A stretch of DNA of 64,000 bases from Octopus sinensis (taxonomy: Eukaryota): assembly GCF_006345805.1 (NCBI RefSeq), contig NC_043008.1, forward strand, positions 78,182,001-78,246,000, in the 5' to 3' direction. Each line of letters starts with the position of its first letter. The first letter of the stretch is position 1. A program made the translations under genes and the position numbers. Of this stretch, positions 38,140-49,429 are shown piece by piece. The notes under the pieces were generated by a model. That model saw only the letters and a program-made list of their open reading frames with translations. It was not told the DNA's origin and did no database searches.

Positions 38140-38750
38140 ACATATATATAAGACGTATGTATATGATACATATATAATACAAGACTACATTAAAACACAA
38201 TTCCATAACCGAAGAAAGCACAAACATTAGCGAAGGAAGAACACAAAACAGGAAAAAAGAAGAAAGAATAAAAAACATCAGTTCAACACTAAGTGGAACA
38301 ATTGGTTGCACATCACAAAGCTCAATGGAACCTACAGAAGCAAGCCAGCAAGTCTGCTGTATTATCGAGGCAAAGGTGTTGGAACAGCCAAGCACCCTCG
38401 CGTGCATTACCGGACACCTCAGTAAGGCGAGCTGCTAACGATGACAAGAACTTCGTTCTTAGTGGCCAAGCACCTCCAAACATCTCAAATGCCTCACGCT
38501 GGAAGAAATGGCTCACCGACAAGTCCCGATATTTCAGGATTTAGTTCCCTTTATCTACCAAAGCAGTGACCCTCCCATTTACTGCTGCATTCAGGATTTG
38601 GAGAGGAGCAAAGGAGTCACAGATTGCGGCATCCCAGATGAGACACTTACCTCTTACTCAAAAACAAAGGGTAATACTGTCCGGTCTCTTATCATAATTT
38701 TTGGGCAACCCCGCAGACTTTATAACTTGGGATATTAACCCAAGCCAGGA
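38140..38750 (-). mobile_element. CRE-clade non-LTR retrotransposon 3' end (REL endonuclease)
   Basis: LIWDAAICDSFA..ILNAAV...KYRDL..FFQREAFEMFGG...FLSSLAARLTEVSGNAREGAWLFQ matches the CRE-type C-terminal pattern. Confidence 0.75.
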
Positions 38751-38969
38751 CCCGCTTATTCATACATACGTACATACATACATACATATATATATATAAT
38801 AATAGTTATCGCCATACTAATATGGCATTCTTATAAAAATAAGAATAAAGCTGTCCGCTTATTAGCTCCATGAGGCCATCGCCTTAAGTTTAGCTATTTG
38901 ATACACAAACTGTATCCATATAACCTTCGAACAAGGGAGGTCAGTCGCTCCACACTACTTGACCGGCAG

Positions 38970-39009
38970 CTACAGACGCGTTTCGGGGTATTGCCTCTTT
39001 TCAATGCAG
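38970..39009 (-). ncRNA. minimal type-I hammerhead, U3-A8 core variant (copy 1, one stem II mismatch)
   Basis: CUGCA-UUGAAAA-GAGG CAAUA CCCC-GAA-ACGCGU-C/UGUAG. Confidence 0.6.
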
Positions 39010-39332
39010 CGTAGCCAGACCAGTAGGTGTCGCTTCTGACAATCTCTGTTCGAAGGTTTTATTTACCTAGCTTCGGTGGAATACATCCACTTGTTTTCAA
39101 TAATAGAAATATTAAAATTACTAAGTCTCTCTAAAAGAGAACAACGGCAGCGTTCCCGGAAAATAATAGTTATCGCCATACTAATATGGCATTCTTATAA
39201 AAATAAGAATAAAGCTGTCCGCTTATTAGCTCCATGAGGCCATCGCCTTAAGTTAGCTATTTGATACACAAACTGTATCCATATAACCTTCGAACAAGGG
39301 AGGTCAGTCGCTCCACACTACTTGACCGGCAG

Positions 39333-39372
39333 CTACAGACGCGTTTCGGGGTATTGCCCCTTTTCAATGCAG
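39333..39372 (-). ncRNA. minimal type-I hammerhead, U3-A8 core variant (copy 2, all stems paired)
   Basis: CUGCA-UUGAAAA-GGGG CAAUA CCCC-GAA-ACGCGU-C/UGUAG: 5-bp stem I, 4-bp stem II, palindromic stem III, GUC site. Confidence 0.7.
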
Positions 39373-39481
39373 CGTAGCCAGACCAGTAGGTGTCGCTTCT
39401 GACAATCTCTGTTCGAAGGTTTTATTTACCTAGCTGCCGTTGTTCTCTTTTAGAGAGACTTAGTAATTTTAATATTTCTAT

Positions 39482-39574
<93 letters not shown>

Positions 39575-41219
39575 AAAGCGTACCATGTATACTTTTCTCA
39601 GTATTATCTTTGTTCTTCAAATATATATTAATTAGTTTAAGGGATATAATTTAGTTTTCTTCCAATGAAGAATCGAATATTTCACATCTTATTCATATTT
39701 CTTTAAATTTTCCCACCATTAATTTTATGGTATGTTAAAAGTGTTATTACAATGCAGTCCATGACATACAAATATAAGGCATATTTTAATGAAATCAATA
39801 TTCATGTAAATAACTATTTCGTGAAATATTGCAGTGTTATTTTGGTATGAAAGGCTATTTACTTAAATTAGTTGGAAATGTTTTGTTTTCTGATACTCAT
39901 TTTCAAATAACGACTTCTTGTGTGCTGTAGAAAAATTAAAGTGAAATAAGCAACAGACAGCAACTTAATGATAATGTTGTTCTGAAAACCATGAATGCAA
40001 GTGCGGTTACAGATATTGAACCTATTGTATGGTTTTACTTTTCTTAGCTGGTAATCAAATGTTATTCAATATTTAATCACTCATTTAAGGAATAAATAAA
40101 AATATTCATGTGTGTAGAACTTGCGAATCTCTCCTTTCATAGACGTTACGAGATAAGAAGGAATGTTATTTTATGTGTAATGTATTTGCAACTGCTAAAC
40201 CTCGTTTACTAATATTAAACGATGTTTAAATGTTTTAGGTACTTTTAGATGTTCTCTGCCAAAGAATTCAATCCACTCAAATGGAAGTAAAAATTATGAA
40301 CTTTCAACTAAATTAAGCGTTAATAAGTTGATGTAGGTACAAATGTGTTAAATGCATTAAATACAAGTGTTGGATTTATAAGGAAAAAGCGCTAAATGGA
40401 TTACAATTAAATTAATTGAGGATTAATTTGCGTCATTAAAATATTCAAAATCTTTATTCGTTGATTAATTTATCAACGAGAACAAATATTGCCAGCGTTT
40501 TTCAGTTATAAATATCAGTTGTTATGGATGCTGGTTTCCTGGAAATAATACTGACTTTAAAGAAGATAACTTAAAAAGTAAACTGTTATCAATATCATAA
40601 AACTTTAGAGGTTTCTTTTGAAATACTGCCTTTATAAAATTTCAACTGAGGTGGTTACAAAAATAATACGGTTTTAAAAGCAAATGGTTATTAAACATAG
40701 ATTTCCATTTCATACGAAAATAGTCGTTAAAAATTATAGATGTCGATATTTTCAGAGTAATCCTATACGCAAAAACTATGAAGCTATCATTAGCAATAAA
40801 AACAACAAGGAGAAGAATAATGTCTTGGTTAGGTACAAAATCTTAGTTTTATTTTGAGAAAAAACTATTTTGTGAGTTTATTCGTTGTGAAATGGAATTA
40901 ATGACTGCTATCTCCTGATTTTTACCAGGATAGAGACATAAAAATACAATAATGAATTCTTTGGTATCAGGTATTCTGGATGAACGAGCGATTGATCTGT
41001 CTGATTATACGATTAAGTACTTACATTATACGATTAAGTACTTACCTAAGAATAATATAAAAGCAAAATCAATGCCGTTGGCATTTGAAACAAAGCACAA
41101 ACATTGGCCACAGAGCTAGATATTGTAATAACTAAGTGCGTCGCCAACACTACGACTAGCACCAGAAAAACAAAACCATACACACCACCAATACCAACAA
41201 TAACAACATCAATAATAAC

Positions 41220-41274
<55 letters not shown>

Positions 41275-41650
41275 TACCGACCTGCACTTGTATTAAATAC
41301 CCCTTCATTGCTGCTATTTACGGTACTTGACACGTTTTCGTCGGAGATCATAAAGACACAAGTTCGGTGTATTTGAAAAAGTTGTTCCTGTTAAACAGGT
41401 CTGTTTTGGTTATTGACCAGGCGTGAATCTAACTGTTTTGAAATTGGTGATAACGCTGTGCAGCACAGCAATGGTAGTGAATGCCGGGTGAGAGTGGCAG
41501 TAAGGACTTACTACTCACTAAAGTGGCAGTTAAAATATCGATCTTATTTTGTAGACAAAGAATATTCTACCTTAAACCATTGCTTTTTTAGATATTAACG
41601 TTTCGATAGTTTTTCACATACAAATGCATATGCAACATATATGCATATAC

Positions 41651-41777
<127 letters not shown>

Positions 41778-42675
41778 TCCCAAAGGTTTATATAATGTGC
41801 GAAATAAACTTTTCCGAAAAACTCTCACAGAAGATCAATGCAGCTTGCTGTGTTTTTATGAGTTGCGTTTATATATAGAAAAATATAAATTTATGTAAGA
41901 CATTCTTCAATTTTTACAAAAATCTCCTCCGGTGGACATTTATTAAACTTTTTTTCTTTTCCTTTTGAACGCCAAATATATTTTTGCGTCTTAGAATTTC
42001 ATTAACCTTCTGTATCTTTTGGCTGGTTGTGTTCCAGAATGTCACAAACGACTAATACTATGTACAGCTGAATTTAAACGCATTAATTATTATGTTAACC
42101 TGTGTATGTATGAATACATACATATACATACATACATATATGTATGTATGTATGTATGTATATATGTATGTATATATGTATGTATGTATATATATGTATG
42201 TATGTATGTTTGTATGTATGTATGTATGCGTGTATATATCCCAGACGTAATATATCAGCGTTTCACCTTTTCAATTTCTTTTAAAATGTGCCGTTTTTGT
42301 TTTGTTTTGTTTCGCTTTTTGTTGTTGTCTCTTGGCAATCCTGTTGCAGTTTTCAACATAGAAGAATCTTATACATCCTCTTGGCCACGAAATATTCCAC
42401 CACGAAGGGGAAAATTGCATATTTAAATAATTAACCACATCTAATTAATGCAGAATGGTTATCTGAAAATAAAAGAATAAATATAATAAATAAAACATTT
42501 TTAATGAGCATACACACATTACATATATATGTTTACATGTATGCATGGATGTACGTACAGTATTTGTATTTATATGTACTTGTCGGTGTACCATTGTAGT
42601 GAATTATACATTACGTGTTACAGAAGATTTTGCCAACGGTAGAGGGGAAAAGTACTTAATATTTAGTGCATTGTA

Positions 42676-42830
42676 AGACGGAGAGCTGGCAGAATTGTTA
42701 CTGCGTTTACGGTTCTGAGTTCAAATACCACCGGAGTCGCGTTTGCGCTTCATCCTTTTGGGATCGATGTAATCGACTTATCCCCCTGCCTGAAATTACT
42801 GGAATTGTGCCAAGATCTGAAACCAATATT
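42676..42830 (+). mobile_element. SINE fragment (7098 family)
   Basis: GGAGAGCTGGCAGAATTG...GTTCTGAGTTCAAATACC...TCATCCTTTTGGGATCGATGTAATCGACTTA. Confidence 0.75.
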
Positions 42831-43224
42831 AGGTGCATTGTTTATTTAAAGAGCATTCTTATGTACTTGATTTTCAATGCTATTACGATAACGAAGCGAA
42901 CTAATTAGAGTATGTATGTGTGTGCATGTTAGATGTACTCATGTACGTATGTGTATAAATAATGTAAATATACATGTTCATACATGTGTGTGTCCGTGTG
43001 AAAGTACACACACACATTCACACACACGCACACACACACACGCGCACATAATGTTCGTGAAATCAACATGCTTTAAAAATATTTTGTAAAATATTTTTCA
43101 TTAAATTATATAGCTTTATCGAAGCTATATATGTAGGACAGAGATATTCTAAATATTGATAACAGCATTACGAATGTAGATGATAAAGTGGGAAGAGTAA
43201 AGGTAGGAGAGTTATATATTGGTG

Positions 43225-43330
43225 TCAAATTTGAGCGCAAGGCCAGCAATTTTGGGGGATGTACTAAGTCGATTACTCAGCTGGTACTTATTTTATCCAC
43301 CTTGAAAGGGTGAAAGGCAAAGTCGACCTA
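43225..43330 (-). mobile_element. SINE fragment (7098 family)
   Basis: CTGGTACTTATTTTATC...GAAAGGCAAAGTCGACCT. Confidence 0.75.
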
Positions 43331-44499
43331 AGAGTCGAACCCTTTATACTAATCAGTGTAGGAAAGAAAATTCTTGTAATTCTAGATACTGCCAGTATGG
43401 TGAGTTGTCTGAAATTGCTTGTGCCAACGTCTATAAAACATATGCTTTCATTTAAATGGATTTCCAAGGGAAATAATTGTGACTAGTATTTAGGGCAAAA
43501 TGTTTTCATTGTGAAAGGAATTGTAAGAACAAGAGAAATAAGAATTTTAAACAGGCAGTGTGTATGTGAACTAGTTGTTGTAGCGTGACTTTGTGTGGAC
43601 CTCTCTCGATTTATATTTTGTAGATCTACGTACAGGAAAAAAAATTGCACTTGTAATATGTACAGTCCCAGATATGATAATTGCACCCATAATATCGTAA
43701 TATGTAGGGGGTCGACAAATTCTTAGGGACAAAACATTTTCTTTCCCTGAAGCGATGCAGACATCAATGTTTTTGAGCAAAATCATAAGGAGTGACCGTC
43801 AAATATTCTAATTCTTTGCATTTATGTAGACTGAAGTTTGAGCTGTGTATTTTGTAAGTGTAGAAGTATATAGTTTAATAATGTTTTCTTGATATCCGCT
43901 ACGATTATGTTCCGACTTTTGATAGACGCTACATTGCAATGTCCTTAATTAACAAGAGATGCTTCTATATCTCTGTAACAATGCAAGGGGGTGTCTAGAA
44001 TGCAATAGATGACGATATTATTAAGAATAAAATAATGTCAACGGATTGGTGTTCATCAGTGCGTAAAGGGGGTAGAAATCCTTCTGAGGATGGGACACTA
44101 TTTTGAATGTTTCCATAGATTACGAAAGTTTGTTGAGGGGGAGGAGTAAACGACTGTGAATTTGGTAATCTGAATTATTGAAATTATTATCTGTATTCAC
44201 CAATTTAGATAATCATAATCGTTGTCAAACGTGTTACCCTCCTTTTTTTTCATTTTCGCTGAACCAATTAATAATTTACTGATAAGTTTGTAGATAATTT
44301 TTTATTCGGTATAATAATAAAGTGACAATAGCATTTTAAATGTTCTGCACGAGTATTTCTTGACTAGTTAATGGGTAATATATTTTAAATATTTTATCAA
44401 TTTATCGTTTGCAATTTTTTTTTTACATTTATTTCTAAACTTCTTCCCCTTTTCCCTCTTTAGGTTGAAGAAGTAGTTTTTTTTTGGGGGGGATAGCAA

Positions 44500-44620
44500 C
44501 AAAGTAACGTTTCCGTTCCAGTGCCGAACATAAGACTCAGAAGGCTTGAGGTAAAAAGGAAACTAAGAAGTGAAAGGGAAAATAACCGGAAGTGAAGACA
44601 TACACTTGATCACAGTTAGG
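44500..44620. promoter_or_regulatory. candidate promoter with an ETS consensus site
   Basis: ACCGGAAGTG at ~44585 and TTTCCGTT nearby in unique DNA; motif evidence only. Confidence 0.2.
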
Positions 44621-45599
44621 TCAGATGGGGAAAAGGAATGGATTAAACAAGAGAATAATCAGGGAGAGTGAGGGAGTGAGGGAGATAATGAAAAAGAGAG
44701 AGGGAAAAGGGGAAAATGACAGAAGAAAAGAAGGAAGCGAGGGAATTAGCGAGGAAGGGAAAGTGAAGAATGATAGCAGTGAGCTCACGATAGTCGTATT
44801 TGAATGGATGTGCATAGTGTTGTGCAGTTAAATGTGCAAACTATTCATTTGCGTAGAAGCCAAATAGTATATGATTTCGTGTCAAGGAATCTAAAATACA
44901 TGTAACTAGGTGTGCAACAGTGTAACGTATAATACATCAACCTAGGCATGTAAATGTGCATACGTATAATATACACACAACCACTCTCTTGAAAATGCAT
45001 GTGTATCTATGTAATATAATAAGTTACCAGGTGGTTTGGATGAGTAGGATATGTGCGTGGTAAAACTTTGTCACGATGTGACGAAAACTTTGAAGGGCTG
45101 ATTGAATATGTGTTTGCCTGCATGTGCATGTGCATGTGCATGGGCGCGTGAAATGAGAAGATATGCTACTCTAGTGTGTGACATGCTTAGTATAAGTAGA
45201 TGTATCGATGTACTTTGTAAAGTGGACTTGTACAATTGTAGTGAACAATGATAGGGTTAATATAGGAAGATGGAATCCTCAACCCAGGCCCACAAATCAC
45301 TAATCCACAGACACTGAACGACTGTATGCAGCACGGTTCTGTCTCCCTGCATATATCTCGGACAGGTTCGACTATTAGCGCTTCCATGCCAGAAGAGCTT
45401 ATCTCGAACTGGTAATGCTTCCTGTAACATTACTATACCAAGGACCTTTTGAAGTTGTTCAAGTAGTGACCACTAAGACTGTTCTCATCTATGCCGTGAG
45501 TGAATCCTTGGCCATCTTCACTCATACCCTCAACTACCCCCTATAGAAATTGTTTCCATGCTAATGGCTTTGTCCAGCTGGTAAATAATGTGAGTGCCT

Positions 45600-47150
45600 G
45601 ACAATATTTTAGATGCCAACGCCCAATTCTCGTCTGTGCTTGACCCACAACTGCAGTTCGATCAAGGAAATGAGTATGATGTGTCGCACGAAAGACGTCT
45701 ACACCTGTCCGCCCTTCTTTTCGTCGTCGTCATTTATACCATGACTGATTTAAATATTTCTTCGGGTGCATCAGCGTCAGCACATGTCGATGCATCCACA
45801 ATTACAGCACAGAGTGGGTGTTGACAGCAGATGGATTTCCTGACCAACGGAACTATAAGAATCAGAAAAGCAGGCTCAGGGTTTTCTTGGGACAACGTAT
45901 GATGGCCAGGCAGTTGTACCCAACCGATGTGATGTACACATTCACTTCTTTCGCTCAGCTTTTCAGTGACAGCTGCCACTCAGCCCATTTCTGTGTGAAA
46001 TTGGACACTGCACATAGCCTCTTTCCAGTTCCTATTCACCTGGAAATCTGGTCTGAAGATTTGCACCGAGACTTTCACCGGAGCCTCAGTCAAGCGAGAA
46101 AACCTTGTTGTAAACCCACCGAGTTCTCCTGGTTTATGTGTGTTCCTGTACATACCTCGTACTGTTTCAATATAGTGTCGATCACTTCTATACCAGAAGT
46201 GTTCGACATTATGACAGCAACAGCATTGCGTATGCAGACATAGCCTTTCTGTGACCTAGTTCCAGTGGGGTACCCCTCAAACTTTCACTGTAAAAACCGC
46301 TTAATTTTACTTCTAAGTAGATGCTTCTTTGCGTTGTGGTGATCCCCAAAACGTGACCGAAATCTACAGATAGTTGGATAGCCACCAGATAGCAATGATC
46401 TATTCTGTCAAATACCATGGACTGATCCGAATTAACCAGTGTCTCACCAAAACCGGGTCTATTTCAGACTCGCTCTACGATGTAACGTATGAGGTGGAAG
46501 TTGTTGAAGATAGATCTGTTGGGAATCGTACAAGCTTGCGTGTCTCCGAGCACACTACTGACGATAAGCGCCAGTTTCTTATTGAGCACTTTTAATCAGT
46601 GTTGACCAGAGTCATGGGTCTGAAAATTTCAATCCCCTTTGTTCGCATTCCTCAAAAGTGTCACCACTCCTCGTCTGTTGCCAGCTTCAAACAAAAGCGA
46701 ACAAGTCAGGAATGTGGAAATGTAACTCATAAGGTATAACATCCTATCCTGGTGATTTTCACCCTACACTGTGGATCAACAAATCTGACACTTCCTCTCG
46801 TGAAATCGGCTTTTCGCAGCTAACAATCGAGGTAGGTCTCAAAGCACGTTTTGTCAAGTGTACCGTTCCTCGAAAGTAGGGCTGCCAAAATGCCGCGCTC
46901 ATCATGTTTGGAATTGGAGAGCACACGGCTGCTGCAGCGTCCACAGACAGAATTCTGGCTGTGTTTTCCTGTTGTGCCTCCGGCACAGTACACGTTTCAT
47001 CTTCCAGCACACACGATCCAATTTGAGTAATGCAACCTTCGTGTTTCGTGTCAAAAAAATAACCGAAGGCCTTGGGAAATTTTTCATCGTTACTGTTGGT
47101 GATACTGTCCTTGAAGAATATCCTACTGTTATTTTCATTGATGATTCCAT
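45600..47150 (-). mobile_element. L1/Tx1-like LINE ORF2 fragment, older relative of 49430-54290
   Basis: SCEKPISREEV..KSPG.DVIPYE; GVVTLLR..FRPMTLVNTD; KKLALIV..QACTIPNRSIFNNFHLIRYIVER; DQSMVFDRIDH; PLVRKSICCQHPL. Confidence 0.82.
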
Positions 47151-47619
47151 TATTGCTGCTGCTCTGATTACATTATTATTGTTGTTGTCGTTGTTGTCGT
47201 TGGTGTTGTTGGTGGTGTTGGTGGTGGTGGTGATAGTAATTTCTTTACAGTTATGGTTGGAGTTGTCGTGAGTCATTGTTTTTGCTGTTGTTTTTGTAGG
47301 TGTTTACTAATTTCCCTGCGAGTGACAACCGCTTCGAGGTCATTTAAGCTAAATACACTTAGTCCTGAGACCATTCCTCGATATAAGTTACGGCTGACCA
47401 TGCTTTAAAAAAATTGATAAAAAATATATATCCCCAAAATTTATGAAGCGGGCGGAGTCTTGTTCCTCGAGTGAAACGGAATGAAACTTTTCAGTAGAAA
47501 CCTGGATATTTCTGTAAAACAATAATTACAGTTTCAGCGGCCGGAAACAGAAAAGAAAAGCAATTCTGGAAAAAACTTACCATCGACGTTTCAAACATGG
47601 GTTCCACAAAAATAATAAT

Positions 47620-47830
47620 CATTTTTACAATAGGCACAAGGCCTGATATTTTGTGGGGAGGGGGGAATCGTTTGTATCGGCCCAGTGTGCGACTGGTACT
47701 TATTTTATGAATCCCGAAATGATGAAAGGCAAAGTCGACCTTGGAGGGATTTAAACCCAGTAGGTAAAGAGCTTGAAGAAATGACGCTACGCATTTGGTC
47801 AGAGGGGCTAATGATTTTGCCAGTTCTCCG
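47620..47830 (-). mobile_element. SINE (7098 family)
   Basis: GACTGGTACTTATTTTATG..GAAAGGCAAAGTCGACCTTGG...TTTTGCCAGTTCTCCGC. Confidence 0.8.
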
Positions 47831-48102
47831 CTTACTACAATTACTACTACTACTACTACTACTTTTCTCCGACTTACAGGTCTATACTTTGAGCAGCGAC
47901 ATATCTACTCTGGCTATTTCTGTACCTTTCTGCAACTTTCAATAGATTCACTCGAGGACATCTTCATCTCTACCACCACTTTCATCTTCAAGTGAAACTT
48001 TAAAAAGTCGAGGGATCTACCAAAAGGGAAAGTCTCTGTCTTCATACCTTGTTCCACGTCCTCGCGTTGTTGTGTTTTCTCTTTGTGTTTTCATGTTTGG
48101 AT

Positions 48103-48175
<73 letters not shown>

Positions 48176-48374
48176 TATATATAAGTATATATATAGAAAT
48201 TCAACAAGCAATTAAAGATAGAGAAGAGAAGCTGTTATAAGTTTTTAAAATTAAAAAAAAATTTTTTAATGGATAAAATTTATAACACCTCTTCGCCATC
48301 TTTAATTGTTTGTTGAGTTTCTATAGGATACGTGTTCCATAAATGCTCTTAACACACTTTATACTCATATATAT

Positions 48375-48419
<45 letters not shown>

Positions 48420-48639
48420 TTGAAAAGAAAACAGAAATCCCTCAGTACACTGTTTTATCTATGGTGACTCTGCTCATTCATGCGAAACCTAAATGAGCAA
48501 ACTCATTAAAAACTGCGTAAGCGATGTCTACTAAACATTAGATTAATTATTTGAATGCCTCAAATGACATTATTCCGTTTCTAAAAATATATCTTCAAAA
48601 AATTAAGCTGTGAAGGTGTCTACTTTTGGGATGTCTAAA

Positions 48640-48714
<75 letters not shown>

Positions 48715-49429
48715 GCACGCAGCAGCTTGGTAGTTAGAAATATATTGATTATGTTGCTATTTGTAAAAATGAATGTTATAATAATGGGGGTTTGGGCCGT
48801 GGAAGAGACTATAACAATCGAAATGGTGGTGTTGCAAATGATAAGTTGAATGTGGTGGGTGGGGATGAAATAGATACAAGAGATAACAACGTATAAGCAA
48901 TAATAAAGATAATTACATTGGTAATTATATTAATGCCAACATCGATTATAAAAGCAAGTCTGTAAGTAAGAAAATAGGAATAAAGACTACAGTTACAACA
49001 ATAAGTATTATGATAGTGACAGGAATATAAATACTGGAAGATCTACTGACAGTGAGAGAAGATGAAGGACAATAGAAATAATGAGGCCGATAGAAGTGAG
49101 TGGACCGAATCCCCGGATGGGAAACCTGACGGAAAATATGATGGCGGTGGCGGTAGAGATGTAAACACTACTGGAAATACAGGCGTCGAAAGTGTCAGTA
49201 GTAAAGGGAAGTGCGACAACAGAAGCAGCGATGAGAGTGGTGGGAGGAGGAAAGCTAGGTTCAGAAGTGATGGCGATATAAAAATAATTATGCAATCATA
49301 TGCGGTAGTATCAATAGTAGTAACAATAATAACAATATAGGGGATAAGTAATAACGATAATAAGATTGGTAATATTAGTAATAATTATAGTGAGAATGAC
49401 TAACATGATAATAATAATAATGATGATAA

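Larger units (their letters stand above)
38801..39482 (-). mobile_element. tandem 363/364-bp PLE pseudo-LTR or retrozyme-like repeat with an inverted terminal piece
   Basis: 38801-39164 is repeated at 39165-39432; 39432-39482 is the reverse complement of 39101-39151; flanked by (TA)n/(ATAC)n; one HHR per unit. Confidence 0.85.

Noticed and set aside
43990-44030. Single diverged match to the 46-bp unit
   Set aside because: Short, AT-rich and gapped; could be chance.
45420-45500. YQGPFEVV resembling the Gypsy integrase GPY/F motif
   Set aside because: Isolated motif with no integrase core recognised nearby; too weak to annotate.
49008-49340. D/G/S/N-rich ORF MKDNRNNEADRSEW...
   Set aside because: Lies in a degenerate triplet-repeat zone with no splice signals or recognisable domain.
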